A stretch of DNA of 63,087 bases, counting the filler, from Octopus bimaculoides (Eukaryota), in assembly GCF_001194135.2 (NCBI RefSeq). It is 7 parts of 7 records of this genome, joined end to end, with 100 filler letters (N's around TTAATTAATTAA, not from the genome) between each part and the next. Parts side by side here need not be neighbours in the genome. Positions count along the whole stretch, not along the records: positions 1 to 4,887 come from NC_068999.1; positions 4,988 to 7,215 come from NC_068997.1; positions 7,316 to 31,611 come from NC_068987.1; 4 more parts are not named here. One strand, written 5' to 3'. The notes below the pieces were generated by a model that was given only the letters and a program-made list of their open reading frames with translations, ran no database searches and had not been told where the DNA came from. The position numbers were made by a program, and so were the translations under genes. This document shows positions 1 through 12,595 of the stretch, piece after piece; position 1 is the first letter of the stretch; the number at the start of each line of letters is the position of its first letter.

Positions 1-1129
1 TATATATATACATATATATATGTAGATATATATATGTATGTATATGTGCATAAACACATTCATGCGTATATACGTATATATATATAACGTAGATCAATCT
101 GTGGATGTATGTGTATGTGTGTTTGGGAGTGTGTGCGTGTCTCTGTGTGTGTGCATTTGATATATCCTCTGTTGCTCCGATTCTAATCAAACGTCTGAAG
201 TTTGGCTATCTAGGGTAAATAGAACGCGTAATATGTAAAGAGCCGTTTGCAAAGAATGCTTTCGATGTGTTATAGATGGATCAACGAAAGGGGCTGGTTG
301 GTGTAGATGCAAGATGGCGCATGGTTTGGCGACCATTTATTTCGTTTGAGATAAATAACACTTGTTATCTCTGTGTGTGACGACAACAAACCATTACAGA
401 TAGCCGTAGAAATCGTTTTAAAGACATTCATATCAATTCCATTGTTATTTTCTTCATTGCCTTCTGAAATTTTCCTTTCCATTCCCTTCAGTATATTTCT
501 TTCTCCGTTTGATTCTCTCTCTCTCTCTTTCTCCTCATTTTCTCTCACCCTCTCTATTATGTTACATATATCTACGCTGTTTCAGATCCTGTCTCTGGTC
601 TATCTTTCTATCGCTTTTCCTTTGTCTATTCCTTCATATTTTCTTTTCATTTCCTATCTCTGTACACGTCGCTAACTCCCTTTCTTTCCAAATCTCTTTC
701 TTTTTATTCATCGCTTACTCTCATCTCTCATCCCTCCTTCTCACTCTCACTCTCGTTCTATTTCTCTTTCTCTCTCATTACGTCTACCATCTTTATTTTC
801 TCTATTGTCTCCTGCTATATATCTTCTACTTCTCTCTCTCTCTATCTATCTCTCTCTCTTTATTGTTATCCTTCTGTTCTCTTCCTACCTTTTCTTCCTC
901 TCTCTCACACTTTCTGTTTGTTCTTCACTTGTTACCTATATTTCTCTGTTTTGACACGTTTGAAGTTTAGGGATTTTGCTGATGGATTATCTCCTTGTTC
1001 CCTTCGAAAATATTTTACCAATCTCAATCGGACAACAACGACATCAACAACAAAACAACAACAACAACAACAAATAGAACGACTACAACAGTATCAGCAA
1101 CTACAGTAAATTTAGTGGCTGGGCACTAT

Positions 1130-1215
1130 CCGATGACATCGTCGCGAGTGCTTCACTGGTACCTAATTTATCGACCCGATTGGATGAAAGGCAAAGTCGA
1201 CCTCGACGAAATTTG
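1130..1215 (-). mobile_element. SINE central-domain fragment (family N, Nin/Deu-like domain)
   Basis: ACTGGTACCTAATTTATCGACCCGATTGGATGAAAGGCAAAGTCGACCTCG is the reverse complement of the GTCGACTTTGCCTTTCATCC...GGGTCGATAAA...GTACCAG core found in many copies in this window. Confidence 0.8.
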
Positions 1216-1595
1216 TCCTATCTCATACACATGCACTCGCACACACACACACACACACACATANNNNNNNNNNTCGACCTCGACGAAATTTGTCCTATCT
1301 CATACACATGCACTCGCACACACACACACACACACACATACACACACATGAGTGGCGTTGAAACGTTCTCGGCTTTGGGTAAAAGAAACTACAGAAGGAT
1401 CAGTTAATTATGATTTTATTCAACATATTCCCCTCTCAGATCCACACAAGTATTTCAGCGACGCTTCAGTTTTTTAAAAACTCTATAAAAGAACTCGAAA
1501 ATGTGGGCCTCCAGCCTGACTTTTCGTGATACCCTTAAAGCCTGGAACTTTTTAATCCATCCTTCGTGTACGTACGTATATGTGCATGTATGCAT

Positions 1596-1683
1596 GTCAT
1601 TTTAAGGTTTCCTGCCAATAAAGCCGGATTCTAATCCATATCCAAGGCTCCTTCATTGTAATTTCAACATCAACAACAGGGTA
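1596..1683 (-). repeat. ~90-105 bp dispersed element embedded in (CATA)n, copy 1
   Basis: Reverse complement matches 52671-52775 (TACCCTGTTGTTGATGTTGAAATT...ATTGGCA.GAAA.CTTAAAAT); TACA-type repeats on both sides. Confidence 0.8.
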
Positions 1684-2570
1684 TTTTTGTATGTATGTAT
1701 GCATGTGTGCATACAAAAATAGATAAAAAAATAAATAGAACGGATAAAGTAAGACACCAGACTTTAAAAACACTATACAAGGATCGATTTGCTCAAATAA
1801 AATTTTCAAGGTTCTGTGTTTGAGTGAATGTTGTTGGGTATACATACATACTTGAATAAATACATACATACACACATATATAAGGGCATTGGAAATAACT
1901 GTGTAGCAATGAGATCAGAAAAGCCGTTATATGAACGCATGTACATCTACTAATACGCAACACTATTTTTATGGAGATATTAAATCGTTTATTAAAGCAA
2001 AATCTTGGAAATGATTTGGTCCAAAGAAACGTACCTTCAAAATTTGCTAATGACCACCATCGCTATTTCAACGACGAACACCAATAAATCTATTTCTTAC
2101 ACACACACGTATGTATATATGCAAACGTGATACATACTTTCCTGTGAATAACATATCTCTTCGCATATGTGCTGAAATATGACTATGTAAGTATATAATG
2201 TATGTACATTCCTGTAATTGCCGTTGTGGTTGTGTGTTTCTCTGATCTCCTCTTATTTTCTTCACGTTATTTGTTTATTCCAAACTGTGAAGCTATAGAT
2301 TAACTTCAAAGAATAATATCCAGATAGATTACCACTCCGAAGATGTAACATCTATATTTGCAATGACGTAAATGTCATACGATTCTACAGACAGTTTTGT
2401 AATGTTTTTCGCTCTCATATAGATAAATGTAATTATATTTCTCATTAACAAACAGAAAATATACATATTTATTCTAAACACACATATATATATCAATATC
2501 ATCTACAAAATACATGTATAAATTTTTATTTGTACACATACATACACGCACATATACATACATATATGCA

Positions 2571-2612
<42 letters not shown>

Positions 2613-3648
2613 TGTACGTACAGATGTCTCACTGTGTCTGCGGAAGTAAGTGTGTCTCTATTCAATTTGTTTGTATGTAAAGTTGTTTAGAATGTTGACA
2701 AATGCAATTGTGTTTGTATGACCACATGTTTATGTTTATTGCCACATTTAAACGTGTAAGTCTCTGAGCGAGTGTATTTGTGTTCGTATTTATGAAATAC
2801 TTCGCTCATTAAAGTTACATACATAAATGCTATTAAAATCTTATATTACGCTTGGATTATGCAACTTCCGCATCTGAACATCCTACGTTCTTCTGTGTGT
2901 GTGTACATATATACATATACATACATATATATTTTTTTATGCATATATGTATGTATCTAAGTACGTATATATGCATGGTTGTATGTATGTATGAGTTTTG
3001 TATTTACGTATGTGTGTAAATATGTATGCTGTGTGCTTGTGTGTAGCTTTCAAAAATGTATCTGAGCATCGTACAAACGTATTTGTATGGCTTTCTTTTG
3101 TTGGTTTTATTTATTTATTTTTTTTTAGATATTTGCCACAATGTCTGTTTGTGTATGTATATATAAATCTGTGGACGTATGTGTGTCGGTCTTTGTATGT
3201 ATGGATGCAGTTGTTTATCTTGAAACTTGTAAGGAGCAGGCACACTCTGGTGTACTTGCAGAACGGTTCTATTGATTGTATGGCCAATACAAACAAATGT
3301 TACGTCAGCAAAATTGGATTTGCTTCCATGCTGTTTTTCAGTAAATTACATTAACTCGGACAATATGTTTTTTTCTTTACAGACCTGTGTGTATGTATGT
3401 ATGTATATATATATATATATATATATATNNNNNNNNNNNNNNNNNNNNNNNNNNNNNNNNNNNNNNNNNNNNNNNNNNNNNNNNNNNNNNNNNNNNNNNN
3501 NNNNNNNNNNNNNNNNNNNNNNNNNNNNNNNNNNNNNNNNNNNNNNNNNNNNNNNNNNTATGTATGTATGTATGTATGTCTGTATATGCATATATATATA
3601 TATATGTGTGTATATATATACATATATATATATATGCATACATACATA

Positions 3649-3684
<36 letters not shown>

Positions 3685-4854
3685 CGGAAATTATCAATCG
3701 TGGCCTTAATATTATAAAAGACAGAAATTTAGAAAATGTGATTGGTTGAGCATTATGCATCGTTGCTGCTAAAACCGCGAGTTCACATTTTATCAGTGTC
3801 TTCATTAAGTTGACTGCAATAATCTTCAGTTCGACAGTGAATCTTCTCTCTGTTTATCAATTTCAAAACATGCAGACTGTTTTTCAGTTTCTACCTATGA
3901 TGGTCTTAATTACTATATCGGTTGATGCGGTGTGTTCATAAGCATACCACTTTCATCTCACGTTGATCTGCAATCACTTCGATACCGGAATCATTCTAAG
4001 GCGTGCTGGTCTTCAGACAACGTCGATTTGATGAAGCGAGTGGGGTAATCTGTAGGAGGAGACATTTGATCACTATAAAGAATTCCCTTGTGCAGGTCGT
4101 TCGGCTAAATCTGAAAATTCATTCATCGTATTCAATGGGAGCCTATATCATGCGTATCAGACCTTCATGTAAATTACGACATCATCCATATCGTTTCCAC
4201 TATAATGCTTAGTTTACCTAGTGGTATTACTGGTTATGATAAGCATAACAATTGTAGGTGGAAATATGATAAAAAACAATTTACATCATTAGATTCCTAC
4301 GTACGTTTCACCGTTGTGCTTGTTTGGAAACAAAGCGTTTTAAGTTGTGTTCTACGCGTAAATAGGATGGATTATTGGGGAACATTTGCATTTAATTATA
4401 TACATATATTCATATACATACGTATACATATGCATATGTATCTACCTACCTACCTACCTACCTACCTACCTACCTACCTACCTGCCTGCCTGCCTACTTA
4501 AATACATACCTATCTGCCTGCCTNNNNNNNNNNTTGAGCCCTGTGTGGCTAATAAAAGAAATGTATCTATCTATCTATCTATCTATCTATCTCTATGTGT
4601 GTGTGTGTGTGTGTGTGTGTTAGTGTGCGTGCGCGTGTGTGTGCACGTGTGTATGTAAATATCCAAGCGAGGTGTACGCCACCGGCTACTCTTCAGACCG
4701 AGGATATTTTGATTATATGACGTTTACATTCTCGTAAGGAGGCACTTGACGACACACAGACGATTCGTTCGTTGGTCCTGAAAGTTGTTTTTATTATATT
4801 TTCTACGGTTTGCTTGAAGATAACCTTCTTTTTACACATCGATCTTTGGATCCT

Positions 4855-4887
<33 letters not shown>

Positions 4888-4988
4888 NNNNNNNNNNNNN
4901 NNNNNNNNNNNNNNNNNNNNNNNNNNNNNNNTTAATTAATTAANNNNNNNNNNNNNNNNNNNNNNNNNNNNNNNNNNNNNNNNNNNNA

Positions 4989-5376
4989 ATAGATGTATCA
5001 ATACCAGCAGATGACAACGTTTCCCTAAAAGAAATGGAAAAACCTTCAAAATACAAAGACCTGGAAATAGAGGTAACTCGAATGTGGAATCTAAAAACAG
5101 AAACAATTCCTATCATAGTAGGTGCCTTAGGTATAATAAAAAAATATTCAGACAAATACATAACAAAAATACCAGGACTTACAAATATATATAACATACA
5201 GAAAATTGCACTACTGGGTACTGCACACATCCTACGCAAAACACTTTCAATACAGTAACCATAAGAGTACCACAGCAAACCACAGCACATACCCAAGGCG
5301 CACAGAGCTGCGCTCGGTAGTGAAGTGAAAGCACGTTATAAAAATAAAACTACTGAACAATAATAATAATAATAAT
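4989..5376 (+). mobile_element. R4/Dong-like non-LTR retrotransposon 3' end (RLE domain, 3'UTR, (AAT)n tail)
   Basis: IDVSIP...KEMEKPSKYKDLEIEVTRMWNLKTETIPIIVGALG...IQKIALLGTAHILRK, stop at 5258, ~100 nt UTR, then (AAT)n at 5358-5376. 5' side lost in an N gap. Confidence 0.9.
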
Positions 5377-5599
5377 TATACAGTCACTTGATACAAACCG
5401 GTGACCTTGGGCAAGTGAAGGTTATGAGATATTTACATGTAATTGAAAGTTTGAGGAGAGAAAACTGGGGCCGACGGTATAGAAATACATTTATACAACA
5501 TAACACAAATTTATGTATCGTTATGTATAATAAAATAAATAAATTAATAATAATTGAGTTGGTAATTTAACAAATTGATTTTCATTTAGATACAGTTAA

Positions 5600-6014
5600 C
5601 AATAATACATGAACACTTCAGTACAAAACATTGAATTGAAGTTGATAGGGTTTTTCTAAGGATGTGGGCAGTACTTGTCAACATAAACTTTTGGATTTCT
5701 TTGAGAATCAGGTCTCCTGAGATGCTATGTAGATGTTCCTGACATCCCTTTTTTTTTTATCTTACAAAGGATACCTACAATAACAGAGACGGTTTCCGCT
5801 TTAAAATGCCGCATCTTTTGTCTTTCAATCTCTAGATCCTTATATTTACTAAGCTTGTCAAATTCCTTGGCGGATATATTCTTATCTTATATTCTTTCTT
5901 ATCTTTGGGGACATTTATATCTATCAGTCTACAAGTATTTTCTTCTCTGACATTAATGATTATGTACGGTCGACTAGCCTGGAATGCTCTATCAGTGTTG
6001 ACAGGAAAATCTCA
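5600..6014 (-). mobile_element. Degenerate 5'-truncated R4/Dong-like RLE fragment
   Basis: Frameshifted translation xDFPVNTDRAFQASRP...LIDINVPKD / KEFDKLSKYKDLEIE...TSTAHILRKTLS; 5' end abuts the (ATT)n tract at 6015. Confidence 0.85.
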
Positions 6015-6021
6015 ATTATTA

Positions 6022-6085
<64 letters not shown>

Positions 6086-6110
6086 CATCATCATCATCAT
6101 CATCGTCATC
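6015..6110. repeat. (ATT)n followed by (ATC)n microsatellite
   Basis: Directly visible. Confidence 0.97.
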
Positions 6111-6112
6111 AT

Positions 6113-7075
6113 TAAGGAGTTGACGGGGGCAATCATCAACAACCGATGGCCGTTAGCCCTGAGAAGGGCTACGAGATTAGTGTCGATTAGGTTTAGCAAG
6201 GAAATGACGGAAAATTTTAGAGGAGAAGAGCTGATCAGTAACCAAAATGTGGCACTTAGAAAAAGTATTACGACTGAGGCACTGGTGATGAGATAGACAT
6301 TTGATCGATTCTAAAACGCTAAACACGAAGGTTGCGTGCTCTAAGACATGAGAGAATTATAGCCGTTCGATAGGCATACGCGGCAACAAAGCTACAATTT
6401 CGTTTTTGATATATTGGGAGGAATACGTGCTACTCAAGACCAAGCAGATGCGTGTAGCTTTTGAGTGGCATTCCGATCAGCTGTTTGGATCGGACAGTGA
6501 ACGAGAGACGGGTTTGAACTTTACCGCCTATCTCGATGGTGTGCTACACCACTCAACTGGGGATGCGGCAATTTTGTCAAAGACCGACAATAGCTAACGA
6601 AGCACGGCTGAGGCTGGACAGTCTACTCTCATTGGGTTTATTTTCATATGTCATACTTGTTTAGGATCTCTTGGCAGATGTCTACTGCACCTGACAACGA
6701 AATTCTGTCTAGCGAAAATAGGTGTGGTGATGCTACTGAGAAAGGGAGGCCAACAAAGGAGATGATTTTAACAATTTCAGGCCCGTAACTCTGCTCAATG
6801 ACGAGTTGAAGAGTTTAACCAAGGTGTAAGCAAAGAGGTTGTTGATAATCTGGCAGGCGAAGCACAGACATGTGCCATATCAAACAGATACGCCAACGAC
6901 AACCTCCACCTCATAGAAGGAGTAAATAAAGAACTTGTAATGGGTAGGATTTGATCAATTTAGATAAATCGAATGCTTTCGTAGGGTCACCCATCAATAC
7001 TTGACGGCCGTCCACAAGGCGGTTGATTTCGGGCTCATTTTAAAAGTTGGTTCGCTGCCATGTCGAAATGAGACA
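6113..7075 (+). mobile_element. Degenerate Tx1/L1-clade LINE ORF2 fragment (linker and RT N-terminal part)
   Basis: DNA similarity to 37130-37920; NKGDDFNNFRPVTLLN, AQTCAISNR...DNLHL, INLDKSNAF-like RT motifs; many stops and frameshifts. Confidence 0.8.
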
Positions 7076-7314
7076 ATTGGGCGTAACTGTTTGGACGGTG
7101 ACGATTCGGCACAGCTGACTAGACTTTCATCTTGTTTTGACAATAACACTTTTTAGCACTGGAGGCAAACACCGACGCAGATACATACATACAAATATAT
7201 ATATATATATATATANNNNNNNNNNNNNNNNNNNNNNNNNNNNNNNNNNNNNNNNNNNNTTAATTAATTAANNNNNNNNNNNNNNNNNNNNNNNNNNNNN
7301 NNNNNNNNNNNNNN

Positions 7315-7421
7315 NCTTCTTCTTCTTCTTCTTCTTCTTCTTCTTCTTCTTCTTCTTCTTCTTCTTCTTCTTCTTCTTCTTCTTCTTCTTCTTCTTCTTC
7401 TTCTTCTTCTTCTTCTTCTTC
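7315..7421. repeat. (TTC)n microsatellite
   Basis: Directly visible; explains the poly-E ORF. Confidence 0.97.
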
Positions 7422-7427
7422 TTTTCT

Positions 7428-7642
7428 TGGCGGCGTTAGCACGCCGGGTAAAATGTTTAGGGTATTTCGTCCATCTTTACGTTCTGAGTTCAAATTCCGC
7501 CGAGATCGACTTTTCCTTTCATTTTTTTTCGGGGTCGATAAATTAAGTACCAGTGAAATTCTGAGGTCTATGTAATTGACTAGTGCCTTCCCCCAAATTT
7601 TCATGCCTTGTGCCTATAGTAGAAAGGATTAGTATTATTATT
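7428..7642 (+). mobile_element. SINE family N, near full length, (ATT)n tail
   Basis: GGCGGCG..GTTAGCACGCCGGG head, GTTCTGAGTTCAAATTCCGCCGAG.TCGAC core, tail GCCTTGTGCCTATAGTAGAAAGGATTAGTATTATTATT. Confidence 0.9.
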
Positions 7643-9078
7643 CATATACACACTCAACAGATTACACCTGGAAAAGAAAACAATCCTAACATCGGGCTAC
7701 AATAAGTTCCCTTAGATGCCAAGAACCTTCCTATCGGGCTACATCAAGTAACCTTAGATGCCAGGAACCATCTTAAGTATCCTAGCTGTCCCAAATAACA
7801 CTGTTTACTGTAGTTGTACTAAACTGGGTTTTGCGCCTATTTCCTCTTCCCATCTGTTCAGACCTTAAAGGATAGTTCCTAATGTACTTATAACAACTGG
7901 AATACATTTTACCAGCATTTTCCATACTCTCTGTAATTCCATAGTTAGGTCCTGGTACTTTGCTATTTTTCTATACTTCTCATATTAATTTTTTACATTA
8001 TTTGGTTTTGTAAAGTCAATTATCGGGCTTTCTATTCTCTTTATCTACCACTACCAAACCAGGCCTTCTACCTTCTAATACTCTATCAGTCTGACTGTTA
8101 GAGTCCCACAACATCTTGTACTTCTTACTTTCTAGTACTTTACTAGGTTCATGTTCATACCATTTATCAGTATGCTCAAATCCTAGCTTTCTACAAAGCT
8201 CCTAGTGGGTTGCTCTCTGTAGATAGTCATGTCTTCTCTTGTATTCTTTCTGTGCCAGCATGCTACATTCACTTACTATATGAGTAACACTTTCCTCGTT
8301 TGATTTGCATAATCTACATTGGAAATCTACTTGGCTTTTGTCTATTTTGGTCTTTATCCAATTAGTACTTAATTCCTGATCTTATGCAGCTACTAACAAA
8401 CTTTCTCTCTCCCTCTTCAGCTATCCCTTCTGCAGCCATAACCATGTCTCACTATTACTATTTGCTGAAACTACCTTTGGGAATCAACCATGCAACGCCT
8501 TCTCCTTCCAGTCAGATAACTCCTATTCTCTCTTCTGGTTTTTAAGATCGTTTGGTGTTTTAGTTTCCCTGTGTCTTTCTGTGACTCTAGCATCTTTTTT
8601 AAATAAACTTTCTTCACTATTACCTACAAAGGAGTGTATATCTACTCTAGCTAACTCCACGTAGTCTTCTACTGATATTAACACTTTCCACCTTCCATTC
8701 TAGGTAGCTATAATCTTGCTACTCCTGCCCTTGGGTAGAGTCCTCTATTCATATTGAATTCTTTCCTAGTTCTGTCTAGCTTTGCTAATTCAGTTTTTCC
8801 AATCTACAAAAGCTGCTGAGTATCTAAGTAATGATACTGTCCAAGTATTTTCAGCCTTCACTATATTCGGACCGTTTAGCTTTGACTTCATTAGCTTCCT
8901 CACCCTTCTGATGTACTCCTTCTCGATTTTTGCTTTCATTTCTGTAGTTAGTACTCTGTTAGATTCTAATTCTCCTATATAGTCATACCTCTCTCCTCCT
9001 TTCAATGATTTTAATGTCTGGCTATCTGGTAATTGGATACCTTCGCTGTTGACTACCTGTTCCCTTCTCATGACTAAC
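7643..9078 (-). mobile_element. R4/Dong-like retrotransposon 3' ~1.4 kb (RT thumb, CCHC knuckle, RLE), pseudogenised
   Basis: CAMLVMRR...EYIRRVRKLMKSKLNG...SLLRYSAAFVDW; CRLCKSNEESVTHIVSEC; YKRRHD; KWYEHEP; RRPGLVVVD; KYQDL; GTARILK. In-frame stops; ~42 bp tandem duplication near the 3' end. Confidence 0.92.
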
Positions 9079-9215
9079 ATTGCACACTGACAAGCAAATC
9101 TGTGGTATTGAGCAGAATATTTGCTGTAGCCCATCTTTTATATCAAGATAAAACATGTACTTGATGACACTTCCAATCAGTTAAGATCAGAAGCTATGAA
9201 ATAAAGCCTGGTTTT
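9078..9215 (-). repeat. 5' fragment of the ~530-nt AAT-tailed non-coding element
   Basis: Reverse complement (CTTCTGATCTTAACTGATTGGAAGTG...TATAAAAGATGGGCTACAGCAAATATTCTGCTCAATACCACAGA) matches 59925-60035. Confidence 0.85.
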
Positions 9216-9379
9216 GTATGCATCATCTAATTAGTTTAATTGCAGAAGTTTGTCTTCTAGCATGGGGTTTTATTTTTGTCTTTTAAAGTTCTTTGTTATC
9301 CAGTCTAACAAGTATTATTGACACTAATGTACCAATTCACCATGTATTACTCGTACAGATTTTACTTTCACTGGATTCT

Positions 9380-9990
9380 GCTTATCTTTTTATTTCAAAG
9401 TAGATATAAATGCCTAATTGTCATGTCTCTAGATATATTCTGTCTTCGCAAACATTGAGAAATCAGAAATGATGCGGCAAATTACTTTCTTGTACTGATA
9501 GCACCGAATCCAGTGGCGCTTTGTCTCTCGTATCATTATTTTGTGATTAAGTATCGGTCCTTTGCAGCTAAAAGTAGATTGTTTGTTTCTGTTTTTAGTC
9601 CAGATATTTTTAGCTACTATTAGCTCTGAATGATGTATTTCCTTTTTGTCTCATTCTTGCTGGATAGTGTGGGCTTTGAGGCTCTTTTTTAAAATCTAAT
9701 TTTAATTTATATAGGCTTCTGAATGCAGTTAGCAGTTTTCTTTTCTAACCTCGTCAATTCACATAATGTCCAATTTATTTTATTGAAGTAATGGTTTATA
9801 ATTGGAATGGTTAGTGTATTTATAGTTAGTATCCTATTTGTTGCATCGAATTTAGTTTTTATTAGTAGTCTGACTCTGTAACGCATTTTCAAAACTTTAA
9901 TTACACAAACCAACACGTATTTTGTTTTCAGGACGTTTTTATTCGGTTTGAAGGTATTTTTATATGCTGAATCCAAAAATGGAATTCATT
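9380..9990 (-). mobile_element. Old R4/Dong-like fragment (RT thumb to knuckle)
   Basis: RVRLLIKTKFDATNRILTINTLTIPII...INWTLCELTRLEKKT; GLKTETNNLLLAAKD; MFAKTEYI*RHD; heavily degraded. Confidence 0.75.
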
Positions 9991-10059
9991 TTTACCATCA
10001 CGTCTAGATTTCAAGATACCCAAATCCCATCAATTATCGCAATTTTCCTCACTTTTCAG

Positions 10060-10565
10060 AAAAAAATGCATGGTTTACCAGTGAAATTTAGCACGTGTGT
10101 TTATGACGATTTATATTTTATTTTAGTAAGAGTGATCAAAGAATGGCCACAACAAACATTAGTTCTAGGGTCTTTTAATGTGATTGAAGAACCTTTAGTT
10201 TAACTGGAAAAAGACTATTCTACTTCTACTCCATATCAAACTTGGCATTATGAAGCAGTTTGCTAAAGCTCTGGATAAAGATGGACCATGCTTTCACTAT
10301 ACCTGCAGCAGATTTCACGGTATGAGCAGTGAAAAGATAAAAGGTAGAGAATTTGATGGGCCTCAAATAAGAAAATTTGATGAAAGATAAAAAACTTTAT
10401 AAATTCAATGAAATGAATTTAAGCAGCAGCATGAAATTAATTTGTAATAGTTGTAAATGATTTTCTGGGCAACAAGAAAGCAGTCAACTATGCCTAAATA
10501 GACGACAGTATACTGGAAACCTTTCAAAAGTTGGGATCAAATATGAGCATAAAGCTCAGCCCTAC
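10060..10565 (+). pseudogene. DNA transposase remnant, Chapaev3 (CMC)-like
   Basis: KEWPQQTLVLGSFNVIEEPLV, LHIKLGIMKQFAKALDKDGPCF...FDGPQIRK, DFLGNKKAVNY...FQKLGSNMSIK; stops and frameshifts. Superfamily label recalled from motif memory. Confidence 0.75.
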
Positions 10566-10844
10566 AAACACCAGTTTTGAATAGGTTACCACTCGTAAAT
10601 AGTTAAAAAGCATCCATACACTGAAAATGGTTCATAATTTGTACGTAGCATTCATAACGGTGAGTTGTTTCATTAAAAAGATAAATAATGGAGTGAAAGC
10701 GAAGAAAAATAGAGGAGATAGGGAGTCCATGAAAGATTACTCTTAAGGAGACAGAGCTGGATCTTCTAATTTTCTTTTTGCTATACAGTGATCTTGTTTT
10801 CCATTTCAACACCACCTGGTTGATATACTATCTTAAAATTAGGC

Positions 10845-11170
10845 AGCTTAAGTTGGCTGTATGGCATAATCGTTAGCACTTGGGTCGATGTAATCGACTT
10901 ACTCCTTCCTTGATATTACTGGACTTGTAACGAAATTTAAAATCTATGTTAGGCGGCAAGTTGTCAGAACCGTTGACACACCAGATAGAATGCTTAGTGA
11001 CATTTCGTCCGTCTTTGCGTTTTGAGTGCAAATTCTGTGAAGGTCACCTTAGTCTTTCAACCTATCGGATCGATAAAATATGTACAAGTTGATCACTGGA
11101 GTCGATGTAATCGGCTTACCCCATCTCCCGAAATTGCTGGCCTTGTGCCAAAATTTGGAACCAATATTAG
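10845..11170 (+). mobile_element. Two adjacent degenerate SINE family N copies (10845-10930, 10950-11170)
   Basis: Heads with GGC..AATCGTTAGCAC / GGCGGCAAGTTGTCAGAACCGTT, GTCGATGTAATCG, tail AAATTGCTGGCCTTGTGCCAAAATTTGGAACC. Confidence 0.8.
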
Positions 11171-11827
11171 GGAAGGTTTGCTTACAAGAAGTCCCGATAA
11201 TATCTAAAAGGGTCTTATGTCGTCAAATACTTTTTGGTAATCAATTCATGCCATATTTATGCTACTCTCTTGTTCACCTATAGTTACTCTTTACAACCAT
11301 GCATCATTTTATGATACTCCTTCTGCTCTCCAGCTATAATTCTAGTTATAAAAAGAATGTAAGATCATTGTATAGGTTTGGTATTAGTCTGTAGTTTAAG
11401 ATGTCTGGTGTTCTTTTTAGGATTCAATAGCTTTTTCGCCTCAAGAAGAAAGTCAGGTATTGATTCTAATCCACTTAATAATTCATAGAATTCAGCTGTC
11501 GCATTGTCATGAATACTGGCTGGATATTTATAACTAGAAACCATTCTCAAGGCAACCGTTGTTATAAAAATTATTTTTGTTTTAAATTTCATATGCTGGT
11601 TATCTTCATTTCCACACCTTTATATTTGAATAATTTCCCATATTCTAGTGATGTATCATCTATCCTTGACGACAACAATATATGAAAGGCTTTCTTTTTA
11701 TAGTGTATGTAATTTAATACTCTCATTTATAAAGAATAATACAAACCATAATGCGTTTGTTTAATTCCCTAATAATGGTTGTGCTGGTTGAATTTATGAA
11801 AAATATTATGCATTCTATTATTATTAT

Positions 11828-12508
11828 CACTTTATCACAGGTTTTGTTGGAGCTCTCGGAGTCTTGCATGCATAGCAGACTTACTACCTGCAGCCTACGG
11901 TATCATGCTATTCGCTTTTTTCAGTTATCTCATGCTTTCCTGGTTATTCTGGCCGTGCCAAGGAGGCAAATCTTTTATAACAGTTCTACTGGGCACTCTA
12001 TTCCAATTTCCTTTATATTTCTCCTGATGCCTTCTGATACTGTTCCCAAGGACCCAACAATAATTGGCAATTTCTTCACATTCTTCATTTTCCATAGCCG
12101 GGCTATTTCGTATTTAAGAGGGTTGTATCTGTCTTTTCGCCTTCCTTTTTGATTATTCGTGGGTCAAAGGGGCATGCACCTTGTCCACCACCACTAAGTC
12201 CGGTCTGTTATGTTCTAGCACCTTATCTGTTTGGATTGGGAAATCTCAGAGGATTTTTCTAGTCTCCGATTCGCTACTCTCTGCAGCTTGTACTCATACC
12301 ATGTCTTGCCTCTCTCTAGCCCCCACGTTTCGCAGTTTCCAATGTAACACTTTCGCTACCTGGTCGTGTCGCCACAACTTGTAGGGCATTCGTTCGTGAT
12401 ATGAGCAATGGTTTCATCCACTCTATTGCAGATGCAGCACAACAGAGACACTTGCTCATTCCTAAGCTTGACCCTCCAGTTCGTGACCAAAGCTTGGTCT
12501 TGCGCTGC

Positions 12509-12510
<2 letters not shown>
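11828..12510 (-). mobile_element. 5'-truncated R4/Dong-like element with (AAT)n on both sides
   Basis: AAQDQAL...CCICNRVDETIAHITNECP; RHDQVAKVLHWKL; DFPIQTDKVLEHNRPDLVVVD; KYNPLKYEIARLWKM...PIIVGSLG...CLLGTARI; (ATT)n at 11817-11827 and 12511-12645. Confidence 0.92.
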
Positions 12511-12586
<76 letters not shown>

Positions 12587-12595
12587 CATTATTAC

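Noticed and set aside
1197-1340. Direct repeat across a 10-N gap (also 61956-62052)
   Set aside because: Exact overlap on both sides of a minimal gap, typical of an unmerged contig overlap.
4932-4943. TTAATTAATTAA islands inside N runs (also 7260, 31656, 51190, 58680, 61763)
   Set aside because: Identical 12-mer with stops in all six frames, always flanked by Ns; a scaffolding marker, not biology.
8790-9134. 114-aa ORF as an independent gene
   Set aside because: Chimera: the N-terminus comes from the AAT-tailed repeat, the rest is Dong RT thumb.
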